The notes beneath the pieces were generated by a model. That model was not told where the DNA came from and did not search any database. It worked only from the letters and a program-made list of their open reading frames with translations. From the NCBI GenBank assembly GCA_002269645.1, contig NIVC01001600.1, positions 124,001-188,000 on the forward strand: a stretch of DNA of 64,000 bases. Direction: 5' to 3'. How positions within the stretch are numbered: the first letter of the stretch is position 1; each line of letters begins with the position of its first letter. Shown piece by piece: positions 36,835 to 48,670 of this stretch. Position numbers and translations under genes: made by a program. The DNA comes from Macrostomum lignano (lineage: Eukaryota).

Positions 36835-37470
36835 AAAAATCATGGAAGCGTCATGTAAAAAATCATAAAAGCGTTATGTAAAAAATCATAGAAGCGTCAT
36901 GTAAACAATCATAGAAGCGTCATGTAAAAAATCATAAAAGCGTTATGTAAAAATCATAGAAGCGTCATGTAAACAATCATAGAAGCGTCATATAAAAAGC
37001 ATAGAAACGTCATATAAACAATCATAGAAGCGTCATTTAAAAAAATCATAGAAGCGTCATGTAAAAATCATAGTAGCGTCATGTAAAAAATCATAGAAGC
37101 GTCATGTAAACAATCATAGAAGCGTCATATAAAAAATCATAGAAGCGTCATGTAAAAATCATAGAAGCGTCATGTAAAAAATCATAGAAGCGTCATGTAA
37201 ACAATCATAGAAGCGTCATGTAAACAATCATAGAAGCGTCATGGAAAAAGCATAGAAGCGTCATGTAGACAATCATAGAAGCGTCATGTAAAAAATCATA
37301 GAAGCGTCATGTAAAAATCATAGAAGCGTCATGTAAACAATCATGGAAGCGTCATGTAAAAAAATCATAGAAGCGTCATGTAAAAAGCATAGAAGCGTCA
37401 TATAAAAAATCATAGAAGCATCATGTAAAAATCATAGAAGCGTCATGAAAAATCATAGAAGCCTCATTTA
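36835..37470. repeat. 23-24-bp minisatellite ATCATAGAAGCGTCATGTAAA(A/C)A
   Basis: Tandem array inside the putative Helitron. Confidence 0.95.
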
Positions 37471-38373
37471 AAGACTAATGAAAGTGTCATTTAAAAAATT
37501 AAGAAGCATCATGGTAGAATAAAAGAAGCGTCATGTCAGACATGAAGGGTGTCATGTAAAAATTAAATGCAGCTATAATGCTGTGCTGGGGAGAAAAACT
37601 GAGACGTAAAGGCTCTCAGAGAATAACTGAGATTACGCGGGGGAGGGTTTCTGAGATGTCAAAGCAAAAGTCAGAAGCTACTTCAAAGTTCATGTACTTT
37701 ACTCAATTTTTTATTGCATTCTTTGTTGGCTCGCCACGGGGGGAGGCGCTGATAGAAGAAGAGTCATGTAAAAAATAAAAGTAGCACTATGTATACATAA
37801 AAGAAAGGTCATGTCGAAGTTAAAAGATTCATTTGGGAATTGCTACGATGTCAAAGCTTGGTGGAAGTCGTTATAGTGCTGTGATTCTTAAAGAAGGAAT
37901 CACTAAAATGTCAAGGCTTAGGGGAGAAGAATTGCTGAGATTTCAAGACTTTAGGTTGGGTTAAAGTTAGGTTTAGGTCAGGTTTGGGTTGAGGGTTAGA
38001 TTTTATCGGGTTTCAAGGTTAACGGGGGATTTTTTAGATTTCAAGGTTTATGGGGGCCATCGCTGACATGTCAAGGCTTACGGGGGGGGAATAGCTGAGA
38101 TGTCAAGGCTCACTGGGGTATAAATGAGATTTCAAGGCTAAAGCCAGAAGCTACATGTAGTTTATTGAAAACTTTTTATTACATTATTTGATGCCTCCTC
38201 AGGGGAGGGATCGCTGATAAAAAAAGCGTAATGTAAAAAATAAAAGAAGCTTCATGTCGAAGTGAAGAGATGCATTTGGGAATCCCTACGATGTCGAGGC
38301 TTGCAGGGAATCGCAATAATGCTGTAGTAGTGCTATAATGACTCTTAGAGAGAATTACTGAAATTTCAATGCT

Positions 38374-38464
38374 TTAGGGTTAGGTTAGGGTTAGGGTTAG
38401 GGTTAGGGTTAGGGCTAGGGTTAGGCTAGGGTTAGGGTTAGGGTTAGGTTAGGATTAGGGTTAG
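38374..38464 (+). repeat. Interstitial telomeric tract (TTAGGG)n, ~15 units with variants
   Basis: Directly visible, with TTAGG, CTAGGG and TTAGGA variants. Confidence 0.95.
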
Positions 38465-38774
38465 AAGGTTGACAGATATTTTTAGATTTTCAAGGCTTAT
38501 TGGGGGCATTGCTGAGATGTCAGGGGGGGGAGTTGATATGTTAAAGCTTGTGGGGGGAGTTACTGACATGTCAAGGCTTACAAGGTTTGACAGGAGATTT
38601 TTTAAGATTTCAAGGATACATGTAGCTTATTAAAAAAACGTGTATTGCATTTCTTTGGCTCCCCAACGGGGGGCGTAGATTGCTAGTCTATTCTACTTTT
38701 GCATAGTAATATCCCAACCCACTCAATCAGCTCCCTTACTTCCCATTTTCCGTTTCCCACTCTATCACTATTTC

Positions 38775-39170
38775 CGCTACCCCGCTCTCTTTTTCCGCTC
38801 CCCCACTCTCTTTTTCCGCTCCCTCACTCTCTTTTTCCGCTCCCTCACTCTCTTTTTCCGCTCCTTCACTCTCTTTTTCCGCTCCCTCACTCTCTTTTTC
38901 CGCTCCTTCACTCTCTTTTTCCGCTCCCTCACTCTCTTTTTCCGCTCCCTCACTCTCTTTTTCCGCTCCCTCACTCTCTTTTTCCGCTCCTTCACTCTCT
39001 TTTTCCGCTCCTTCACTCTCTTTTTCCGCTCCCTCACTCTCTTTTTCCGCTCCTTCACTCTCTTTTTCAGCTCCCTCACTCTTTTTTTCCGCTCCTTCAC
39101 TCTCTTTTTCAGCTCCCTCACTCTCTTTTTCCGCTCCTTCACTCTCTTTTTCCGCTCTCTCTCTCTCTTA
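38775..39170. repeat. 21-bp pyrimidine-rich minisatellite CCGCTCC(C/T)TCACTCTCTTTTT
   Basis: Tandem array. Confidence 0.95.
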
Positions 39171-39679
39171 CCGCTCCCTCACTCCTTTTATCGCTTCCTC
39201 ACTCCTTTTTCCGCTCTTTGCCGCTCCCTCTAATCTCCTTTCCGCTCCCCTCCACTCTTTTGCTCCTTATTTCCTGTCTTGCCCGCTCCAACCTGAACTG
39301 CTCATGAACTGAATCTCCTTTTTACGGCTAGAATGCCACCATAATCATCAAGCATCATCGAAAAACGCAATTTGTTTTGTCAATTGAAATCTAAATTGCC
39401 GACTTGCTACTTTAAGTAGGCGAAGGAGAATTTTCTTGACTCGACTTGAGAATTGTAAACAATTTCAAGTTTACCAACAGATCTTGTTTCAATGACAGAC
39501 AGTGAACATTGTGGATGACAATTGTAAGTTGTGAACGATTAGTTCACACGGTGATGAACCACAGATGCGAATGACCACTAGCCTATGACAAGAAAGGTCA
39601 TAAAAGACGGGGCATCTGTATGTAGATCTCCTAGTAAGGTTGTGAACAACAGATCGACATCGAATGACAGATTCACTGC

Positions 39680-40260
39680 CTGTGAATGACAGATTTAAGG
39701 TTTGTGAATGACAGATTTAAGGTTTGTGAATGACAGATTTAAGGTTTGTGAATGACATATTTAAGGCTGTGAATAGATTTAAGGCTGTGAATGACAGATT
39801 TAAGGTTTGTGAAGGACAGATTTAAGGCTGTGAATGGCAGATTTTAGTCTGTGAATGGCAGATTTTAGGCTGTGAATGGCAGATTTTAGGCTGTGAATGA
39901 CAGATTTTAGGCTGTGAATGGTAGATTTTAGGCTGTGAATGGTAGATTTTAGGCTGTGAATGGCAGATTTTAGGCTTGTGAATGACAGGTTTTAGGCCTG
40001 TGAATGACAGATTTAAGGTTTGTGAATGACAGATTTAAGGTTTGTGAATGACAGATTTAAGACTGTGAATAGATTTAAGGCTGTGAATGGCAGATTTTAG
40101 GCTGTGAATGGTAGATTTTAGGCTGTGAATGGCAGATTTTAGGCTGTGAATGGCAGATTTTAGGCTGTGAATGGCAGATTTTAGGCTGTGAATGGTAGAT
40201 TTTAGGCTGTGAATGGCAGATGTTAGGCTGTGAATGACAGAATTAAGGCTTGTGAACAGT
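39680..40260. repeat. 21-bp minisatellite GTGAATGGCAGATTTTAGGCT
   Basis: Tandem array with degenerate edges. Confidence 0.93.
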
Positions 40261-41036
40261 ATATTTTTGGCTGCTTCTAGCCTGAGAACTAAAAAGTAAA
40301 AAAGTCAAATTATCTGGCACAATCCCTTAATTTTTCGAGCTCCGGTCCCCTCCCTGACGCCGCTTCCCAAGCCTCTGACGCCCTGACAACAAGAAAAATG
40401 GGACGCGCGGCGGGGTGTTGCAAAACTTTCCGTGCTGCTGCTGAAGGATTACCGCCGGTTTAGTACCATCAACAATCGTACATAGCAACCGGAAGCCTAA
40501 CGCGGATCTGACTCCCCTCCCTATAGATCCTGGCTTTTATATTCCCAAAATTTTATCGCTAATTCCATAAAAATTTTATTGAATTCTGCAGCAGCAGCAG
40601 CTGGAAGGCATGCAACAACAGGGCACGAGAAAGGTGATGCCCCATTGCCCTTATCTTTTTTCCCCAATCTTGTCTGCATGCTTTTGGATTGCTTGCTGCA
40701 GTTTTGCAGTCTGTATAAGTATATGTTAACTACCAATAGGTGGCACATACCTTATATAGAGCTTTTGACACTGTCATTGCGTTATAATGTCGCATATGAC
40801 ACTTGTGCCTCTTGGATACTTATCAGTTATTTGTTTATACAAAACCGATATTTTACCCGAGCGGCAAACCCATAGGATGCATAAAATTATAACATGTAAC
40901 TACGAGCGTATATTCACGTAAAATGTAAATGTGAACTGTCATAGAGTGATCCTCATGAACTGTGAGTGATCCTCATGATCCTCTCGTTGCCAACCAACTT
41001 GTCCTTGACGAAGTCCATCTGCGGAATGCCCTGCGC

Positions 41037-41933
41037 TTACCGCACCGTCTTCTTGTTCAGCTCGCGGTAATCGATCGTCAACCGCAGGTCACCGTTCTTC
41101 ATCCGCACGTACACTGGGGTCGCCACGTACGGGCTGTCCGACTCCTCGATGACGTCATTGTCCAGCAGTTCCTGAATCAGCTTCCTCACCTCGGGCTCCC
41201 AGTGCACCGGCAGCTTCCTCGGCGGGATCCGCACCGGAACATCGTCAGTCAGCGGGATGCTGTGCTCGTGTCGATCCGTCAGCCCTGGCCGCCTGGTGAA
41301 AATGTCGCTGAACTCGCGCACCAAAGCTCGGATGTCCGGGTCCTCCGCGACTGGCAGGTCGATCTTGGTGAAATCCGGCACCAGCTACTCTTCAATGTCC
41401 TCGAACTGACTGTCAGCATCGAGGTGACTCACGCCGTTGATCACACAAGAGTCCTTTGATGGGGTCTCTGCTGCACTGTCGCTGAAGTCCAGGCACATGT
41501 TGCAGGCCTTGATGAAGTCCAGCCCGATGATGACGGCAGCAACCAGACCTTCAGACACGTAAAACGGGTGCCGCCGCTCGATGCCGCCGAGCGACACTGC
41601 CAGGCTGGCCACCTGCCGCACCGGCACCGCCTGCTGGTTGACTGCCCGCAGCTCCAGGTGCACGCTCTCCAGCTGAGCTGGCCGCATGCTCTGCAGGACC
41701 CGCTTGTCCACGATTGACACCTGGCTGCCTGAGTCGATAAGCGCCGTGACGTCTGCGCCTCCGATCCTGCACTGCAGCTTGGATGTCGCCGAGTTCGGCC
41801 TGATGACGACTGCCGCTGCGCTGCTGCTGGCTGCACCGCTCCCCTCTGCGCCCAGGAACAACCCACTCACGCTGGGGCCCGCGCTCAGAACTGGCCAGGG
41901 GTGCGGGCTCTGCCCCGGCCTGTGCCGTTTCCC
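41037..41933 (-). pseudogene. Gypsy pol (protease + N-terminal RT), interrupted by in-frame TAG (41387-41385) and TAA (41039-41037), then truncated
   Basis: ORFs 41385-42026 and 41037-41381 share a frame separated by one stop. The frame is -1 relative to gag. Confidence 0.88.
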
Positions 41934-42673
41934 GACGGCTGATTGCAGTTCCTGGCGATGTGGCCGCGGCGGTGGCAGTTCCAGCAGGTCACCTCGCGCT
42001 GTCTCCTCGCACTGCGAATCACGCAAGAGTCCGAAACCTCTGAGCCCAGCTTCGCCGCCAGGTCTTGGACGGTCGCCTGCAGCGAGCTGACCGCAGCCCG
42101 CAGTTCTGCCGTCTCCGCACTGCCTGCAGCTCCGGCTGCCGCTGCAAGAGGCTGCTTGAATCCGTCCGTGGTGGCAGAAGGCAGCTCCAGTAGTTGTGCC
42201 CGTGCGAGAGCGTCACTCACGGTCTTGGCTGACGCGTCCGCTCTGATCTGCTTGCTGATGTCCACCGGCAGTCCGCGAATGAACTGGTGAGTCAGCATGG
42301 TGGCCGTTGCGCCTGCCTCGCTGATGCCAGCGTCCTTTAGCAGCTGCTTCAGGTGATAGAGAAAGAGCCGAGGAGATTCGCCCGGCAGCAGCTTCCGGCT
42401 CTCGAATGCATCCAGCGCTGAGAATTGCTGGCTGTCCGGGTGAAATGCCTGGCTCAGAGCTTTGGTCACTTTGCTGTAGTCGCTCTTGCTATTCTCGTCG
42501 AGCTCAAGAAAAACAGCCAGAGCCTCACCATCCAAAAACGTTGGCAGGTGCAAATGCTTGTCATTTACCCACTTGTTGGCTGCCGCGCACAGCTCAAACC
42601 GCTGGAGCCACTCCTTAAAGTTGCCTGAGCTGAACGCCCTAGGAATCGCACGGTGACTGCCGCCCTCTGCCAC
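41885..42673 (-). CDS. Gypsy gag with CCHC zinc knuckle; first plausible codon is GTG (42673)
   Basis: FKEWLQRFELCAAANKW...LPTFLDGEAL...QFIRGLP...CX2CX4HX4C. There is no ATG between the PBS and the conserved region. Confidence 0.8.
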   Translation of the reverse strand: MAEGGSHRAIPRAFSSGNFKEWLQRFELCAAANKWVNDKHLHLPTFLDGEALAVFLELDENSKSDYSKVTKALSQAFHPDSQQFSALDAFESRKLLPGESPRLFLYHLKQLLKDAGISEAGATATMLTHQFIRGLPVDISKQIRADASAKTVSDALARAQLLELPSATTDGFKQPLAAAAGAAGSAETAELRAAVSSLQATVQDLAAKLGSEVSDSCVIRSARRQREVTCWNCHRRGHIARNCNQPSGNGTGRGRARTPGQF

Positions 42674-42677
42674 AGTA

Positions 42678-42690
42678 CGCTCTGCTACCA
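42678..42690 (-). promoter_or_regulatory. Primer-binding site complementary to the 3' end of initiator tRNA-Met
   Basis: TGGTAGCAGAG(CG) lies 2 nt after the LTR end; animal tRNA-iMet ends ...CUCUGCUACCA. Confidence 0.85.
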
Positions 42691-42892
42691 CTTGTAACAC
42701 GCGGTATTTGGCAGCACCAAAAACACGAAGGCCCCGTGAGGCAGTGATTGCTTTATTTATGCAAGTTGAAGTTAAGCCTGCGATGTACATAGAGAGCGAA
42801 CGTACATTAAATCAATACGATGATTCAGCTAATTATTTGTCACGATTGCTAACAGTTCAGACTGTCTCCAAGGCAAGGAATAAAATATTACA

Positions 42893-43780
42893 TTGTGAGT
42901 GATCCTCATGAACTGTGAGTGGTCCTCATGAACTGTCATAGAGTGATCCTCATGAACTGTGAGTGGTCTTCATGAACTGTCATAGAGTGATCCTCATGAA
43001 CTGTGAGTGGTCTTTATGAACTGTCATAGAGTGATCCTCATGAACTGTGAGTGGTCCTCATGAACTGTCAGAGTGATCCTCATGAACTGTGTGTGAGTGG
43101 TCTTCATGAACTGTCATAGAGTGATCCTCATGAACTGTGAGTGGTCTTCATGAACTGTCATAGAGTGATCCTCATGAACTGTGAGTGGTCTTCATGAACT
43201 GTCATAGAGTGATCCTCATGAACTGTGAGTGGTCCTCATGAACTGTCATAGAGTGATCCTCATGAACTGTGAGTGGTCTTCATGAACTGTCATAGAGTGA
43301 TCCTCATGAACTGTGAGTGGTCCTCATGAACTGTCATAGAGTGATCCTCATGAACTGTGAGTGGTCCTCATGAACTGTCATAGAGTGATCCTCATGAACT
43401 GTGAGTGGTCTTCATGAACTGTCATAGAGTGATCCTCATGAACTGTGAGTGGTCCTCATGAACTGTCATAGAGTGATCCTCATGAACTGTGAGTGGTCTT
43501 CATGAACTGTCATAGAGTGATCCTCATGAACTGTGAGTGGTCTTCATGAACTGTCATAGAGTGATCCTCATGAACTGTGAGTGGTCCTCATGAACTGTCA
43601 TAGAGTGATCCTCATGAACTGTGAGTGGTCCTCATGAACTGTCATAGAGTGATCCTCATGAACTGTGAGTGGTCCTCATGAACTGTCATAGAGTGATCCT
43701 CATGAACTGTGAGTGGTCTTCATGAACTGTCATAGAGTGATCCTCATGAACTGTGAGTGGTCCTCATGAACTGTCATAGA
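42893..43780. repeat. 44-bp (20+24 dimer) satellite GAGTGATCCTCATGAACTGTGAGTGGTC(C/T)TCATGAACTGTCATA
   Basis: About 20 copies; a partial copy is also at 40930-40976 on the other side of the Gypsy fragment. Confidence 0.97.
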
Positions 43781-44164
43781 ACTGCGAGTTGACAGGCATG
43801 TGGAATGTCGGTTGATGGCTGATTTTGCTGACTATTCATACAACAGTCCATTCGTTGTAAAAATAGCAGGTCCATGGATGGACGGCAGGTATAAAACAAG
43901 CTTTGCATTGCATATTTTATGAGCCTCGCTTATGGTCGAGCAGATACTCGTATTTGGATACGAGCTGGGCTGAGCTGCAATTTATATAATGGGCATTGCT
44001 CAAGGAATACTACGAGTATATCTAGAGTTTCCTATAACAGACAGTGCAGATTGAAGATTTTAAAATTCTAATTTAAAATAACTCGTGGGATTAATGATTT
44101 TAATTTCTAAACCTTAGCTGAACACAAGCTTGATTTATGGTCCTATTATAGCACCCATATCTTG

Positions 44165-44690
44165 ATAGCACTCCTAATCCAAATAGCCCCTAATCCAAAT
44201 AGCACACCTAATCCTAATAGCACCCCTAATCCTAATAGCACCCCTAATCCTAATAGCGCCCCTATTCCTAATAGTACCCCTAATCCTAATAGCACCCCTA
44301 ATCCTAATAGCGCCCCTATTCCTAATAGTACCCCTAATCCTAATAGCACCCCTAATCCTAATAGCATCCCTAATCCAAAAAGCACCCCTAATCCTAATAG
44401 CATCCCTAATCCAAATAGCACACCTAATCCTAATAGCACCCCTAATCCAAATAGCACCCCTAATCCAAATAGCACCCCTAATCCTAATAGCACCCCTAAT
44501 CCTAATAGCACCCCTAATCCTAATAGCATCCCTAATCCAAAAAGCACCCCTAATCCTAATAGCATCCCTAATCCAAATAGCACACCTAATCCTAATAGCA
44601 CCCCTAATCCAAATAGCACCCCTAATCCAAATAGCACCCCTAATCCAAATAGCACCCCTAACCCTAATAGCACTCCTAATCCTAATCCTA
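44165..44690. repeat. 18-bp minisatellite CCCTAATCC(T/A)AATAGCAC
   Basis: Tandem array; gives the PNPNST/GLGVLL pseudo-ORFs. Confidence 0.95.
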
Positions 44691-45814
44691 ATAAAAATAA
44701 GACAACAGTCAGAGCACTCGTGAGTGCCCTAAAAGGCAGCGCCACTAAGATTCTGGTTTCCAATCCAGATGTTCGTATCCCTGCAGTGTCCATGGTGTCC
44801 AAGGCTCGCGTCCTCCGCCGCTCACCTCCCCTCTTCGCCCCCCTCCCCACCGGCCCGCCCGCCCCGCTTGTCGAGTCTTCTGCTTCAACAGCCAATCAGC
44901 AAGGAGACCGACTCTCCTGTCTCCGAGCTCTACTCCGCTTTCTGTCAGAGCGCCGCAGTCTGTATCAGGCAAGGCAAAGGGGGTCTCCACGCGGTCGCTA
45001 GGGGCTCGTAACCCCGGCCTTTATATATCTAATCCCAAAACATAAATCCTTCGACCCGCAATACACGCACACACACACACACACCCAAACATTTCAGTCC
45101 CGCTATATAGCTCTGCCTTCAAACCATAAATTTGGCAATATTTAGCCCATTAAACCTTCTTAGTTGCCGTTGGACCCTTCTCTCTCTCTCTTACGATCCA
45201 CCTCGACAACTACTAGTGATTACAATATCTGTCCTAGCACTGCATCCCTGTCCCATCTCTAGTCGGCAACAAATCCTTTTATTGCGTCATAATTTTTCGG
45301 CCTTTTAAGAGGTAAGCTAGCCCTGCATGCATACGGTTTTTATTATTTGGGTTAATGCTAAAGTTAACTGCATTCGCCTGCATGGCGAGTTATGGGTGTT
45401 ATATATAGGGCCAGGAGTTAGAGCCAAGACGTGCGCTGTAGGCTCGGACTCCCAAGCCAAGATTTGTTTGCTTGTCAATCTTGTCTCGGCGGAATTGCCG
45501 TCAGCCGAAGTCGTTGCGCGTTAGGATTCCCACAACAGCCTTCCTGCATGCAAATTAAATGTACTCAGCAACATTGAGAAGTCGCCAACCCTTTGCCCCA
45601 GTGAGCAGTGTCTTTCGATCACAAGATGCGTGTGCAAGTGGCGCAAGTTGCGTCGCTCAAAAGTCAATAAATACTGAGCTGGAGTTTACTGCGCACTCTC
45701 AGAGGTGGCGACTTTTTTAATGTTGCTGAGTTTTTATTTATGCATGGTTGTCCATGTCTACAACCCTACAATAGCACCGTAAGAGAGCCCCGGTACGAGA
45801 TCCGGTCCTGCAGG

Positions 45815-46065
45815 GTTATAGGGGTGCTGCAGGGTCTAAGGGGTGCCGCAGGGTCCAAGGGCTGCTGCAGGGTCTAAGGGGTGCCGCAGGGTCCAAGGGG
45901 TGCTGCAGGGTCTAAGGGTGCTGCAGGGTCTAAGGGGTGCTGCAGGGTCCAAGGAGTGCTGCAGGGTCTAAGGGTGCTGCAGGGTCTAAGGGGTGCTGCA
46001 GGGTCCAAGGTGTGCTGCAGGGTCTAAGGGTGCTGCAGGGTCTAAGGGGTGCTGCAGGGTCTAAG
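45815..46065. repeat. 19-20-bp minisatellite GGGGTGCTGCAGGGTCTAAG
   Basis: About 13 copies. Confidence 0.93.
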
Positions 46066-46544
46066 GGAGATATAGAAAAATCTGGGGAATTGCAAGGAAT
46101 GCAGGAAGGTGTGGGATGGAGGGAATGCAGGGACATGTATTGGAATGCAGGGAGATGTAGGGGAATATAGGGAGATATAGGGAATGCAGGGAAATGTGTG
46201 GAATGAAGGGAGAGGTAGCAAAAGGATCGATCGAGATGAGGGCGAAGATTCTGCAGGTAGACAAAGGTGCAGGCAGGTAGAAAAAAATCAAGATGCTTCG
46301 AAGAAATCCAGATGGACTGCAAAGCATACACTCGAAAAGCTTTTTTAAAAAGCAGAATGACTTATGCATCCTAAAATTTCCAATTCATTTCTTGAACACA
46401 GAATATCAAATCAACTTTATTAAAACGAAAGGAGTTGGAAAAATTTAACTGACAAAACGAAAGTTCGGTATAAATATACCAATACTAGTTTAGGGGCTCA
46501 TCGACTTCCGGCCCGCGGATAACTTCCGCCCGCGGGATCGCTCG

Positions 46545-47560
46545 TCTCTCTTATCTTCTCCCTTGTCTCCTCTCTCACCTCCTCTCTCATCTCCTCTCTC
46601 ATCTCCTCTCTCATCTCCTCTCTCATCTCCTCTCTCATCTCCTCTCTCGTCTCCTCTCTCATCTCCCCTCGTATCTCCTTCCTGGTCTCCTCTCTCACCT
46701 CCTCTCTCATCTCCTCTCTCGTCTCCTCTCTCATCTCCCCTCGTATCTCCTTCCTGGTCTCCTCTCTCACCTCCTCTCTCATCTCCTCTCTCATCTCCTC
46801 TCTTCTCTCCTCTCTAATCTCTTCTCTCACCTCCTCTCTCATCTTCTCTCTAATCTCTTCTCTCATCTCCTCTCTTATCTCCTCCCTTGTCTCCTCTCTC
46901 ACCTCCTCTCTCATCTCCTCTCTCGTCTCCTCTCTCATCTCCTCTCTTATCTTCTCCCTTGTCTCCTCTCTCACCTCCTCTCTCATCTCCTCTCTCATCT
47001 CCTCTCTCATCTCCTCTCTCATCTCCTCTCTCATCTCCTCTCTCGTCTCCTCTCTCATCTCCCCTCGTATCTCCTTCCTGGTCTCCTCTCTCACCTCCTC
47101 TCTCATCTCCTCTCTCATCTCCTCTCTTCTCTCCTCTCTAATCTCTTCTCTCACCTCCTCTCTCATCTTCTCTCTAATCTCTTCTCTCATCTCCTCTCTT
47201 ATCTCCTCCCTTGTCTCCTCTCTCACCTCCTCTCTCATCTCCTCTCTCGTCTCCTCTCTCATCTCCTCTCTTATCTTCTCCCTTGTCTCCTCTCTCACCT
47301 CCTCTCTCATCTCCTTTCTCATCTCCTCTCTCATCTCCTCTCTCATCTCCTCTCTCGTCTCCTCTCTCATCTCCCCTCGTATCTCCTTCCTGGTCTCCTC
47401 TCTCACCTCCTCTCTCATCTCCTCTCTCGTCTCCTCTCTCATCTCCCCTCGTATCTCCTTCCTGGTCTCCTCTCTCACCTCCTCTCTCATCTCCTCTCTC
47501 ATCTCCTCTCTTCTCTCCTCTCTCGTCTCCTCCCGCGTCTCCTCTTTCATCTCTTTTCTC
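46545..47560. repeat. 12-bp pyrimidine-rich minisatellite CTCCTCTCTCAT
   Basis: Tandem array with higher-order blocks. Confidence 0.95.
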
Positions 47561-48016
47561 TCTTCCCTCCCTTTTCCTGTCTCACCTGGCCGCAGCCATG
47601 AGCTGGGCATGGATTCTTTATCTGGCCCTTGAGGTTGAAAAGTTTGCCAACCCCCCCCCCCTGAAGGCGATTGCAACAATAAGGAAAGTGTATACAAACT
47701 AAAAGGCCGCCCACTTGTTCTTTGTATACTTGAATCTGCAGCACAGATGCTTCTAGTTTAAAAGTATCAAATTAAAAGAACTGAAAAGATTAAAGTCATA
47801 AAAATTGAAAAAACTGAAACTGCCCGCTCAATCATGCTTGTTAAAGATGCCTAAAATCTTCTATAATAAGCTTCAAGCTCTTTGATTCAGCGAAGCACTT
47901 AAGGCCCTAGTGACAATGGCCAATTAAATCAGGCATGCATTTCGTTTTCATAATTAATTTGCAATTCATCGATTGTAAAAATAGCAGCACTCCTTAGACC
48001 CTGCCTGCAGCACCCC

Positions 48017-48670
48017 TACATCTCTATGGGCCTGCCTTCCCTACATCTCCTTGCCTTCCCTACATCTCCTTGCCTTCGCTACATCTCCTTGCCTTCCCTA
48101 CATCTCCTTGCCTTCCCTACATCTCCTTGCCTTCCCTACATCTCCTTGCCTTCCCTACATCTCCTTGCCTTCCCTACATCTCCTTGCCTTCCCTACATCT
48201 CCTTGCCTTCCCTACATCTCCTTGCCTTTCCTACATCTCCTTTGGTTCCCTACATCTCCTTGCCTTCCCTACATCTCCTTGCCTTCCCTACATCTCCTTG
48301 CCTTCCCTACATCTCCTTGCCTTCCCTACATCTCCTTGCCTTCCCTACATCTCCTTGCCTTTCCTACATCTCCTTTGGTTCCCTACATCTCCTTGCCTTC
48401 CCTACATCTCCTTGCCTTCCCTACATCTCCTTGCCTTCCCTACATCTCCTTGCCTTCCCTACATCTCCTTGCCTTTCCTACATCTCCTTTGGTTCCCTAC
48501 ATCTCCTTGCCTTCCCTACATCTCCTTGCCTTCCCTACATCTCCTTGCCTTCGCTACATCTCCTTGCCTTCCCTACATCTCCTTGCCTTCCCTACATCTC
48601 CTTGCCTTCCCTACATCTCCTTGCCTTCCGTACATCTCCTTGCCTTGCCTACATCTCCTTGGCTTCCCTT
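48017..48670. repeat. 19-bp minisatellite CCTTCCCTACATCTCCTTG
   Basis: About 34 copies. Confidence 0.97.

Larger units (their letters stand above)
36183..38686 (+). mobile_element. Probable non-autonomous Helitron
   Basis: The 5' region (A|TC...ATACTAAAAATG, (GTTT)n, GCTGGACCGATTTTCATGA) resembles short invertebrate Helitron 5' ends. The 3' end has a CTCCCC-AAC-GGGGGG hairpin followed by CTAG|T (38683-38687). The exact 5' boundary is uncertain (36183 or 36236). Confidence 0.5.
40976..42892 (-). mobile_element. 3'-truncated Ty3/Gypsy LTR retrotransposon (5' LTR, PBS, gag, protease, start of RT)
   Basis: LTR 42693-42892 bounded by TGTAA...TTACA. PBS TGGTAGCAGAGC at 42690-42679. Gag with CWNCHRRGHIARNC knuckle; protease ALIDSGSQVSIV; RT start SPYVATPVYVRMKNGDLRLTIDYRELNK. 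No 3' LTR. Confidence 0.93.

Noticed and set aside
42893-43780. Regularly spaced repeats resembling a CRISPR array (also 51030-51375 and 59375-59640)
   Set aside because: There are no unique spacers and no cas genes, and the context is eukaryotic; these are head-to-tail satellites.
44162-45001. 279-aa PNPNST-repeat ORF resembling a circumsporozoite-like protein
   Set aside because: Mostly the 18-bp satellite, with a non-ATG start; the unique tail has no recognisable homology.
46498-47697. 399-aa Glu/Arg/Met-rich coiled-coil-like ORF
   Set aside because: Translation of a 12-bp tandem repeat, with a TTG start and no splice or domain evidence.
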